Source: an uncultured Solirubrobacterales bacterium (GTDB lineage Bacteria > Actinomycetota > Thermoleophilia > Solirubrobacterales > 70-9). From it: a stretch of DNA of 64,000 bases. Below are positions 57,042 to 64,000 of this stretch, in pieces (the first letter of the stretch is position 1; each line of letters starts with the position of its first letter). The notes under the pieces are model-generated. The model searched no databases, was not told where the DNA came from, and saw only the letters and a program-made list of their open reading frames with translations. A program made the translations under genes and the position numbers. The stretch lies in the NCBI GenBank assembly GCA_963810105.1, contig CAWEMB010000001.1, forward strand, positions 781,112-845,111, given 5' to 3'.

Positions 57042-59135
57042 TTGACCAGCTTTTTGACCGATTATGGAGTCGTCGTTGCGCTTGTCTGTGCAGGGGCGGC
57101 AGTTGTATACGGACTTATCGTCACCCAGCGCCTGCTCGCCAAATCGCCGGGCAACGAGCGCATGCAGGAAATATCTGGAGCGGTGCAAGAGGGCGCCAAG
57201 GCCTACCTCAACCGCCAGTACATGATCATCGCCGCCGTAGCGGTGCCGCTTGCAGGCGTGCTCTGGCTGCTGCAGGGCTGGGAGACCGCGCTCGGCTTCG
57301 TGATCGGCGCCGTCCTCTCGGGGGCGACCGGCTTCATCGGCATGAACCTCTCGGTGCGGGCCAACTCACGCGTTGCCGAGGCAGCGCGCGGCGGCGTCCC
57401 CCCGGCGCTCGACGTCGCCTTCAAGGGCGGCTCCGTGACCGGTCTTTTGGTCGTCGGCCTGGCCCTGTTCGGCGTCGCCGGCTACTACGGGGTGCTGGTC
57501 CTGACCGGCACCAGCGACAAGGACGCGGTCGACGCGCTGCTCGGCCTCGGCTTCGGCGGCTCGCTGATTTCCGTCTTCGCCCGGCTCGGCGGCGGCATCT
57601 TCACCAAGGCCGCCGACGTCGGCGCCGACCTGGTCGGCAAGGTCGAGGCCGGCATCCCCGAGGATGACCCCCGCAACCCGGCCGTTATCGCCGACAACGT
57701 CGGCGATAACGTCGGCGACTGCGCCGGCATGGCCGCCGACCTCTTTGAGACCTACGCGGTCACCTCGGTAGCGGTAATGCTGCTCGGCGTCCTCACCTTC
57801 ACCGGCGCCGGCGGCGACTACCTGCGTGAGGTCGCGATCTTCCCGCTCGTGATCGGCGGCGTGGCGATCATCGCCTCGATCATCGGCGCGCTCTCGGTGC
57901 GGACCAAAACCGACAAAGTCGAGGGTGCGCTGTACGTCGGCATGATCGTCTCCGGCGTCCTCTCTATCGCGGCCTTCTACCCGATCACCGACTGGCTGAT
58001 GTCAGATGCGGTCGCCTTTGGCCTCGAGGCCGGCGCTGACCCGATCGGCGTCACCGACCTCTGGCTCTGCGCCGTGATCGGCATCGCCGTCACCGCATTG
58101 CTCTTCGTCATCACCGACTACTACACCTCGACTCGTTTCCGACCGGTGAGGACGATCGCCAAGGCGTCCGAGACGGGTCACGCGACGAACATCATCCAGG
58201 GGCTGGCGCAGGGCTTTCAGTCGACCGCCGCCCCCGCTCTGGTGCTCGCTCTGGCGATCCTCCTCGCCAACGATCTGGCCGGCATCTACGGGATCGGCAT
58301 CGCCGTCATGGCTCAGCTCTCCCTATGCGGGCTGATCGTCGCCCTCGACGCCTTCGGGCCGATCACCGACAACGCCGGCGGGATCGCCGAGATGGCGGAG
58401 CTGCCCGAGGACGTCCGCAACGTCACCGACCCGCTCGACGCGGTGGGCAACACGACCAAGGCGGTCACCAAGGGCTACGCGATCGGCTCGGCCGCGCTGG
58501 CCGCGCTGGTTCTGTTCGCCGCCTTCAAAAGCGAGCTCGATGACGCTGACGGGAAGCCGGCGGGCTTTGACATCGACAGCCTCTTCAACCTGAGCAGCCC
58601 CGACGTGCTGATCGGGCTGATCATCGGCGGCATGATGGTCTACCTGTTCTCGGCTCTGGCGATCGAGGCTGTCGGCCGTGCCGGCGGCCAGGTCGTCGAG
58701 CAGGTGCGCAAACAGTTCCGCGAGCACCCGGGGATCATGGAGGGGACCGAAAAACCCGACTATGGTGAGACGGTCAGCATCGTCACCCTGGCGGCGCAAA
58801 AGGAGATGATCCTTCCCTCGCTGATCCCGATCGTGATTCCGGTGATCGTCGGCCTGCTGAGCGTCAACGCGCTTGGCGGCCTGCTGATCGGCGTTATCGT
58901 CGTCGGCCTCTTCGCCGCGATCTCGATGACCGCCGGCGGCGGTGCCTGGGACAACGCCAAGAAGCTGATCGAGGACGGCGCCCATGGCGGCAAAGGCTCC
59001 GAGGCCCACGCCGCTTCGGTCACCGGCGACACCGTCGGCGATCCCTACAAGGACACGGCGGGGCCGGCAATCAACCCGATGATCAAGGTCGCCAACATCG
59101 TTGCGATCCTGATCATTCCGATCGTTCACTTTTAG
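57042..59135 (+). CDS. hppA: membrane-bound proton/sodium-translocating pyrophosphatase
   Basis: The 697-aa polytopic protein carries [29 protein letters not shown] and [11 protein letters not shown] motifs. It has a TTG start with GGAGG 8 nt upstream. Confidence 0.95.
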   Translation: MTSFLTDYGVVVALVCAGAAVVYGLIVTQRLLAKSPGNERMQEISGAVQEGAKAYLNRQYMIIAAVAVPLAGVLWLLQGWETALGFVIGAVLSGATGFIGMNLSVRANSRVAEAARGGVPPALDVAFKGGSVTGLLVVGLALFGVAGYYGVLVLTGTSDKDAVDALLGLGFGGSLISVFARLGGGIFTKAADVGADLVGKVEAGIPEDDPRNPAVIADNVGDNVGDCAGMAADLFETYAVTSVAVMLLGVLTFTGAGGDYLREVAIFPLVIGGVAIIASIIGALSVRTKTDKVEGALYVGMIVSGVLSIAAFYPITDWLMSDAVAFGLEAGADPIGVTDLWLCAVIGIAVTALLFVITDYYTSTRFRPVRTIAKASETGHATNIIQGLAQGFQSTAAPALVLALAILLANDLAGIYGIGIAVMAQLSLCGLIVALDAFGPITDNAGGIAEMAELPEDVRNVTDPLDAVGNTTKAVTKGYAIGSAALAALVLFAAFKSELDDADGKPAGFDIDSLFNLSSPDVLIGLIIGGMMVYLFSALAIEAVGRAGGQVVEQVRKQFREHPGIMEGTEKPDYGETVSIVTLAAQKEMILPSLIPIVIPVIVGLLSVNALGGLLIGVIVVGLFAAISMTAGGGAWDNAKKLIEDGAHGGKGSEAHAASVTGDTVGDPYKDTAGPAINPMIKVANIVAILIIPIVHF

Positions 59136-59149
59136 ACGAACTCTGAGGG

Positions 59150-59263
59150 GGAGGGGCCGGGTGCCCCTCCTCACTCAACTTGCTCCGGTGGAGAGTCGCC
59201 TGCTGTCGCCTCAAGGTGCTGCCGGAGAAGTACAAGCCGTTCGGAGGGGCACCCGGCCCCTCC
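59150..59263. repeat. nested palindromic intergenic element, copy F (subfamily II)
   Basis: A perfect 21-bp outer inverted repeat, GGAGGGGCCGGGTGCCCCTCC / GGAGGGGCACCCGGCCCCTCC, flanks a 72-nt core. The first 22 nt and the last 22 nt of the core are identical to the reverse complement of copy E. Confidence 0.9.
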
Positions 59264-59330
59264 GAGCTCACAGGCGGCTAGATATGGACGATTGCCGTGG
59301 GCGGCATCGCATCTCGTTGGCGTAGCTGGG

Positions 59331-59781
59331 TTAGCTGCTGGGGACTACCTCGACTGTTCCGTGCATGGTGGGGTGGATCTCGCAGAAGTAGGGGTATTCG
59401 CCCGGCTTCTTGAAGGTCTCGGACTTGAGCTTGCCTTCCTCGAGGGTCTCGGTGTCGAAGCTGTCGTCGTCGGCGGTCGCGGTGTGGGGAGCCGAATCGC
59501 GGTTGATCCACGTCACCTTGCCGCCTTCCTCGATCGTCACGGGATCGGTCATAGGCGAATTCGACGATCTCGACTTTGGCGGCGCGGACCGCGTCCCCGC
59601 TGGGGGCGGGGGCGTTGCCGCTGGCTTCCGTATCCCCGGGTGTCGTTTCCGTCGTCGGGGTAGAGCTTTCGGTGGTGACTGTCGTGTCGGAATCGTCATC
59701 TCCGCAGGCCGCGAGGCCGAGGGCGGAGAGGAGAAAGACGGTGGCCAGGAATGTCTTGAGAGAAAGCCCTTTTAGTTGCAT
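59331..59781 (-). pseudogene. cupredoxin (plastocyanin-like) lipoprotein gene interrupted by a frameshift near 59547
   Basis: One frame reads the lipoprotein signal MQLKGLSLKTFLATVFLLSALGLAAC...AKVEIVEFAYD (ORF 59278..59781). The cupredoxin domain DPVTIEEGGKVTWINRDSAPHTATA...YFCEIHPTMHGTVEV is in the other frame (ORF 59331..59699). One extra nucleotide separates them. Confidence 0.7.
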
Positions 59782-59830
59782 GCACGGGTTTTACCCCTCT
59801 TGTGGGTGCCGACACCTTCCGGCAAGGCGC

Positions 59831-59836
59831 TAGGGT
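59831..59836 (+). promoter_or_regulatory. candidate -10 hexamer (TAGGGT) upstream of the alpha-hydroxy-acid oxidoreductase gene
   Basis: TAGGGT is followed by a 9-nt spacer and then GTG 59846. There is no Shine-Dalgarno sequence. Confidence 0.3.
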
Positions 59837-59845
59837 CAGCGCCCG

Positions 59846-60937
59846 GTGACCGATGGCTTGATCAACGTTGCGGATTTTGAGCGCGCCGCGGCAGAGAAGC
59901 TCGACGCAGGGGTCTTGGGGTATTTCGCCGGCGGCGCAGGCGACGAGGTGACTTTGCGCGAGAACGTTGGAGCCTGGCGGCGCTGGAGGCTGCGGCCGCG
60001 GATGCTGGCCGGCGTCAGCGACGTGCACACGGACGCGGAGGTGCTTGGAGCGGCGGCCTCGATGCCGATCCTCATCGCCCCCGTTGCCTACCAGCGCCTG
60101 GTCGACGAGGAGGGCGAGGTCGCGATGGCGCGAGCCGCTGCCGCGGCCGGCGCCGTGATGTGCCTCTCCACGCTCGCCACCGCACGGCCAGGCGAGGTCG
60201 CCGCCGCCGCCCCGGGCGGCAGGCGCTGGTTTCAGCTCTACTGCTTTCGGGACGAGGGGGTTACCCGGGCGTTGATGGACGAGGCGGTCGAGTCGGGCTT
60301 CGAGGCGATCGTGGTCACGGTCGACGCGCCCCGGGGCGGCAATCGCGAGCGCGACCTGCGCACCGGCTTCAAAATCCCCGCGGGGCTGGGCGTGCCCAGC
60401 GTCCAGGCGGCGCTCGGATCCGAGCGGGCGGTGACGATCGAGGAAACGTTCAACCTGATGGACCCGGCCATGGACTGGTCCACCCTCGAGGAGCTGGCCG
60501 CCGAGTGCAGCCTGCCGGTCCTGGTCAAGGGCGTCCTGACCGCCGAGGACGCAACGCTTGCGGTCGAGCACGGCGCCGCCGGCGTCGTCGTCTCCAACCA
60601 CGGCGGCCGCCAGCTCGACTGCACCCTGGCGAGCGCCGATGCTCTTCCCGAGGTGGTCGACGCCGTCGACGGGCGGGCGTCGGTTCTGGTCGACGGCGGC
60701 GTGCGCCGGGGCGCCGACGTCGCGATCGCGCTGGCACTCGGGGCCGATGCTGTGCTGGTCGGCCGCCCCGCCCTTTGGGGGCTGGCCGTCGGCGGCGAAG
60801 AGGGCGCGCTGCGGGTCCTCGCCCTGCTGCGCGAGGAGCTCGAGCTGACCCTTGCACTCTGCGGCTGCGCCGAGCCCGCGGCCCTGACGCGCGCTCACCT
60901 CCAGCGGGCCCCGCTCGCGTCCGTATATTCGGCCTAG
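59846..60937 (+). CDS. FMN-dependent alpha-hydroxy acid dehydrogenase/oxidase (L-lactate dehydrogenase / glycolate oxidase family)
   Basis: ...NVADFERAAAEKL...TVDAP..., VSNHGGRQLD and GRP motifs are typical of the family. Confidence 0.9.
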   Translation: MTDGLINVADFERAAAEKLDAGVLGYFAGGAGDEVTLRENVGAWRRWRLRPRMLAGVSDVHTDAEVLGAAASMPILIAPVAYQRLVDEEGEVAMARAAAAAGAVMCLSTLATARPGEVAAAAPGGRRWFQLYCFRDEGVTRALMDEAVESGFEAIVVTVDAPRGGNRERDLRTGFKIPAGLGVPSVQAALGSERAVTIEETFNLMDPAMDWSTLEELAAECSLPVLVKGVLTAEDATLAVEHGAAGVVVSNHGGRQLDCTLASADALPEVVDAVDGRASVLVDGGVRRGADVAIALALGADAVLVGRPALWGLAVGGEEGALRVLALLREELELTLALCGCAEPAALTRAHLQRAPLASVYSA

Positions 60938-60958
60938 ATGTCGATCTCAATCCTCTAG

Positions 60959-62869
60959 ATGGCCCAGCGCGTACCGAGAGACGAATCGCTGAGCCGTGTG
61001 CACGGAGTGGGGGCGCTATTCGCGGCGGCCTACGGCAACGTCGGCTCGTCGATCTATTACGCCCTCGGCGTCACCGCCGCTTTCGCCCTCGGCCTGACGC
61101 CGGTTGCCTTTGTGATCTCCGGCCTGATCTTCGCCGCCACCGCGGCGACCTATGCCGAGGCGACGGTGATGTATCCGGAGGCCGGTGGGTCGTCGAGCTT
61201 CGCGCGCCATGCCTTCAACGAGATGGTCAGCTTCATCGCCGCCTGGGGGCAGATGCTCAACTACGTGATCACGGTCGCGATCTCGGCCTACTTCATCCCC
61301 CATTACCTGGCGGTCTTCTGGGAGCCGCTGGGGTCGGCGCCCGGCGACATCATCGCCGGAGCGGTGCTGATCGCGGCGCTGGCATTCCTCAACATCCGCG
61401 GCTCGCAGGAGTCGGCGAAGCTCAACCTCGTCCTCGCGGTGGCCGACCTCGCGACCCAGGTCGTGCTGGTCGCGATTGGAGTCGCGCTCGTCCTCAGCCC
61501 GCAGGTGCTGGTCGACAACATTCAGCTCGGGGTCGCCCCGACCTGGAGCGACTTCGCGCTCGGGGTGGCGGTCGGGATGATCGCCTACACCGGGATCGAG
61601 ACGATCTCCAACATGGCCGAGGAGGCAAAAGACGCGGCGCGGACGATCCCGCGCAGCGTCGGCCTCACCGTGATGGCGGTGCTGGGGCTGTACCTGCTGA
61701 TCCCGGTCGTGGCGCTCTCGGCGATGCCCGTCACCCAGGACGCCGCCGGCAGCTTCAGCACGGCGCTGGGCTCCGAGTTCGCCAACGACCCGATTCTCGG
61801 CATCGTCGAGAACCTCGGCCTCGGCGCCGGCCTGACCGAAGCGATGCGCTTCTACGTCGGCATCCTCGCCGCCGTGATCCTCCTCATCGCCACCAACGCC
61901 GGATTGATCGGCGTTTCCCGCCTCACCTATTCGATGGGGCAGCACCGCCAGCTGCCCGAGAGCCTGCGTCAGGTGCATCCGCGCTACCGCACTCCCTACA
62001 TCGCGATTCTCGTCTTCTCCACGGTGGCGATGATCACCCTGATCCCCGGCAAGACCGACTTCCTGGCGACGATGTACTCGTTCGGCGCCATGCTCTCCTT
62101 CACGATCGCCCATGTCTCGGTGATCTGGCTGCGGCGCCGCAAGTCGGAGGACCAGCGGCCCTGGAAGCCGCCCCTCAACTTTCGCGCCTTCGGCACCGAG
62201 GTGCCGCTGACGGCCGTGCTCGGTGGCCTGGGCACCTTCGCCGCCTGGATCGTGGTGATGGCGCTCAACCCGAGGACCCTGGTCGTCGGACTGGGCTGGA
62301 TGGCGTTCGGCATCGCGATCTACGTCCTCTACCGGCGCAACCAGAAGCTTCCGCTGACGGAGACGGTCAAGGTGCTGCTGCCAGAGCCGCTCGGCGTCGA
62401 GGAGATCGAGTACCGAAGCGTCCTGGTGGGCTTCGATGACGGCGAGCCGTTCTCCGAGGAGATGGTCGCCACGGCGGTCAAGCTCGCCTCCAAGCGCCGC
62501 CGCGGCATTCACGTCCACTCGATGTTGACGGTGCCGACTCACCTGCCGCTGGATGCCGAGATGCGCGAGCAGGAAGCCGAGGCGCAGAGCAAGATCGAGA
62601 GCGCAAAGCTGATCGGAGGCCAGCGCGTGACCGGCCATGTCGAGCGGGTGCGGACGGGACAGGCCGGCTACTCGATCGCCCAGGAGGCGAAGTTGATCAA
62701 CGCCGCCGCCGTGGTCGTCGGGCTGCGCTATCGCAACGGCGCCCCGCTCTACGACAAGACCCTGCAGACGGTGCTCGGCGAGCGCCCCTGCCGGGTGATC
62801 GTCGTCTCCAACCCTGCGGCCCACGGCGAGGCCCTCCCAGAGCGGGGCCCGCGGGTGGCTCAGCGCTGA
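60959..62869 (+). CDS. APC-family amino acid permease fused to a C-terminal universal stress protein domain
   Basis: About 12 TM segments (GNVGSSIYYALG..., AYTGIETISNMAEE) are followed by a USP-like domain of about 150 aa. Confidence 0.85.
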   Translation: MAQRVPRDESLSRVHGVGALFAAAYGNVGSSIYYALGVTAAFALGLTPVAFVISGLIFAATAATYAEATVMYPEAGGSSSFARHAFNEMVSFIAAWGQMLNYVITVAISAYFIPHYLAVFWEPLGSAPGDIIAGAVLIAALAFLNIRGSQESAKLNLVLAVADLATQVVLVAIGVALVLSPQVLVDNIQLGVAPTWSDFALGVAVGMIAYTGIETISNMAEEAKDAARTIPRSVGLTVMAVLGLYLLIPVVALSAMPVTQDAAGSFSTALGSEFANDPILGIVENLGLGAGLTEAMRFYVGILAAVILLIATNAGLIGVSRLTYSMGQHRQLPESLRQVHPRYRTPYIAILVFSTVAMITLIPGKTDFLATMYSFGAMLSFTIAHVSVIWLRRRKSEDQRPWKPPLNFRAFGTEVPLTAVLGGLGTFAAWIVVMALNPRTLVVGLGWMAFGIAIYVLYRRNQKLPLTETVKVLLPEPLGVEEIEYRSVLVGFDDGEPFSEEMVATAVKLASKRRRGIHVHSMLTVPTHLPLDAEMREQEAEAQSKIESAKLIGGQRVTGHVERVRTGQAGYSIAQEAKLINAAAVVVGLRYRNGAPLYDKTLQTVLGERPCRVIVVSNPAAHGEALPERGPRVAQR

Positions 62870-62881
62870 TTTTCAGGCCCA

Positions 62882-62887
62882 TACAAT
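62882..62887 (+). promoter_or_regulatory. candidate -10 hexamer (TACAAT) for a leaderless small membrane protein gene
   Basis: TACAAT is followed by a 7-nt spacer and then ATG 62895. Confidence 0.4.
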
Positions 62888-62894
62888 CGCCTCG

Positions 62895-63191
62895 ATGAGC
62901 GCCGACGAGCCCAGAGCCGACCCCTCGTCACAGCGGTTGACCCCCGACCCACCTCCGACCTCCGAGTCAGCAGAAGAACCACCTCCAACGTCAGAGCCAC
63001 CCAAGGGGACGCGGCTGTATCAGGGCTCGGTCCGCGCCCTCTCATTTGCCTTCTTGGCCCTCGGGCTGGCGATCCTTGCCAGCACCCTGGCCAACGGGGG
63101 CGGCCCACTCTCGGTCGGTGTGCTGATGGGTGTGGTCTTCATTGCCGTCGGCGCGGCACGGCTCTGGCTGTCGGTGCGGACGAGCCGATGA
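62895..63191 (+). CDS. small membrane protein (98 aa) with Pro/Ser/Glu-rich N-terminus and two TM segments
   Basis: It shares an ATGA overlap with the downstream permease. The N-terminus has an internal repeat, PPPTSE...PPPTSE. No family recognised. Confidence 0.45.
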   Translation: MSADEPRADPSSQRLTPDPPPTSESAEEPPPTSEPPKGTRLYQGSVRALSFAFLALGLAILASTLANGGGPLSVGVLMGVVFIAVGAARLWLSVRTSR

Positions 63192-64000
63192 GCCCCGAGG
63201 AGAGGCGTCCTTCGAGGCAGCTGATGAAGCGCAGCCTCGGCGTGCCCGGGCTCTTCGTCGCCGTCTACTCGGTGGTCGGCTTCTCGATCTACTTCGCCCT
63301 CGGCGTGGTCGCCGACCGCGGCCTCGGCCTGACGCCGCTGATCTTTCTCGTCGCCGGCCTGTTCTTCGTCCTCGCAACCCTCTCCTACGTCGAGGGCGGG
63401 GCGATGTTCCGTGAGCGCGGCGGCTCCTCCAGCTTCGCCCGCCACGCCTTCAACGAGCTGATCGCGTTCATCGCCGGCTGGGCGATCCTGATCGATTACC
63501 TGATCGTCGCCGCGCTGGCGGCGATCTCGGTGCCCCATTACCTGGAGCCGGTGTCGGGAAGCCTCTCGGATCCCGGCTGGGAGATCGCGGTGGCGGGCAC
63601 CGTGATCGTCGCCGCCTGCGCGCTCAACGTCTTCAACGTCACCGGGCGGGGACGGCTGCGCCCGCTTGCCGTCCTGGCGCTGGCCGACATCGCCCTGCAG
63701 GTGGCGGTGATCGGGGTTGGGCTGCTCGCCGTCCTGTACCCAGACCGGCTTACCGCCGAGCTCGACCTCTTCACCAATCCGACCCTCACAGACGCGATCT
63801 ATGCGGGCGTGGTCGCGATGCTTGCCTACGCCGGCATCGAGGCCGCCTCCGACCTCGCTCCCGACATCGAGGTCGAGCCGCGGGACCTGAAGCGGATCGT
63901 CTCCGTGGGGGCGGTCGCGGTGCCGCTCGTCTACGCCGGCATGGCGGCAATCGCCCTGATGGCCGTTCCGGTCGTCGCCGGCCCGGGCGGACCGGAGACC
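63188..64000 (+). CDS. APC-family amino acid permease, paralogue of 60959..62869 (partial, runs off window end)
   Basis: Hand translation from ATG 63188: MSPEERRPSRQLMKRSLGVPGLFVAVYSVVGFSIYFALG...SSSFARHAFNELIAFIAGW... This parallels the upstream permease. The frame is open to the window edge. Confidence 0.8.
   Translation, partial: MSPEERRPSRQLMKRSLGVPGLFVAVYSVVGFSIYFALGVVADRGLGLTPLIFLVAGLFFVLATLSYVEGGAMFRERGGSSSFARHAFNELIAFIAGWAILIDYLIVAALAAISVPHYLEPVSGSLSDPGWEIAVAGTVIVAACALNVFNVTGRGRLRPLAVLALADIALQVAVIGVGLLAVLYPDRLTAELDLFTNPTLTDAIYAGVVAMLAYAGIEAASDLAPDIEVEPRDLKRIVSVGAVAVPLVYAGMAAIALMAVPVVAGPGGPET

Overview
This is a very GC-rich (about 70% by eye) chromosomal core region with Actinomycetota-like synteny: holA/rpsT/murJ/lepA; hrcA-dnaJ-prmA; murI; phoH-ybeY-era; hisIE-trpEGDC, htrA, trpFBA; pfkA; malic enzyme; polA; rpsA-coaE; uvrB and uvrA; ROK glucokinase; panCDB; tsaE-tsaB-rimI-tsaD; rex; hppA; and two APC permeases. 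I call about 70 protein-coding genes. I see no rRNA or tRNA gene, no CRISPR array and no transposase, integrase or phage gene. I also find no defence or other novel multi-gene system. The unusual signals are mostly non-coding. (1) Seven nested palindromic elements each begin 0-22 nt after a stop codon; their perfect outer inverted repeats differ between copies, their cores are shared, and their inner stems carry compensated changes. (2) A TANNNT hexamer recurs 6-9 nt upstream of start codons, which suggests leaderless mRNAs; in three cases it is built from the upstream gene's stop codon. (3) Two otherwise intact genes, pfkA and a cupredoxin lipoprotein gene, are interrupted by single frameshifts. 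(4) A GAAC-N4-GTTC LexA-type box sits in front of uvrA. (5) A few accessory-looking small genes stand out: a collagen-like secreted protein between uvrB and uvrA, a Lys/Cys-rich secreted protein inside the tsaE-tsaB operon, a DnaJ without a zinc finger, and two short ORFs missing from the track. Many long ORFs in the track are antisense or alternate-frame artefacts of high GC content. Several true genes start well downstream of the ORF-track start. All functional calls rest on my recognition of the translated sequences, not on database searches.
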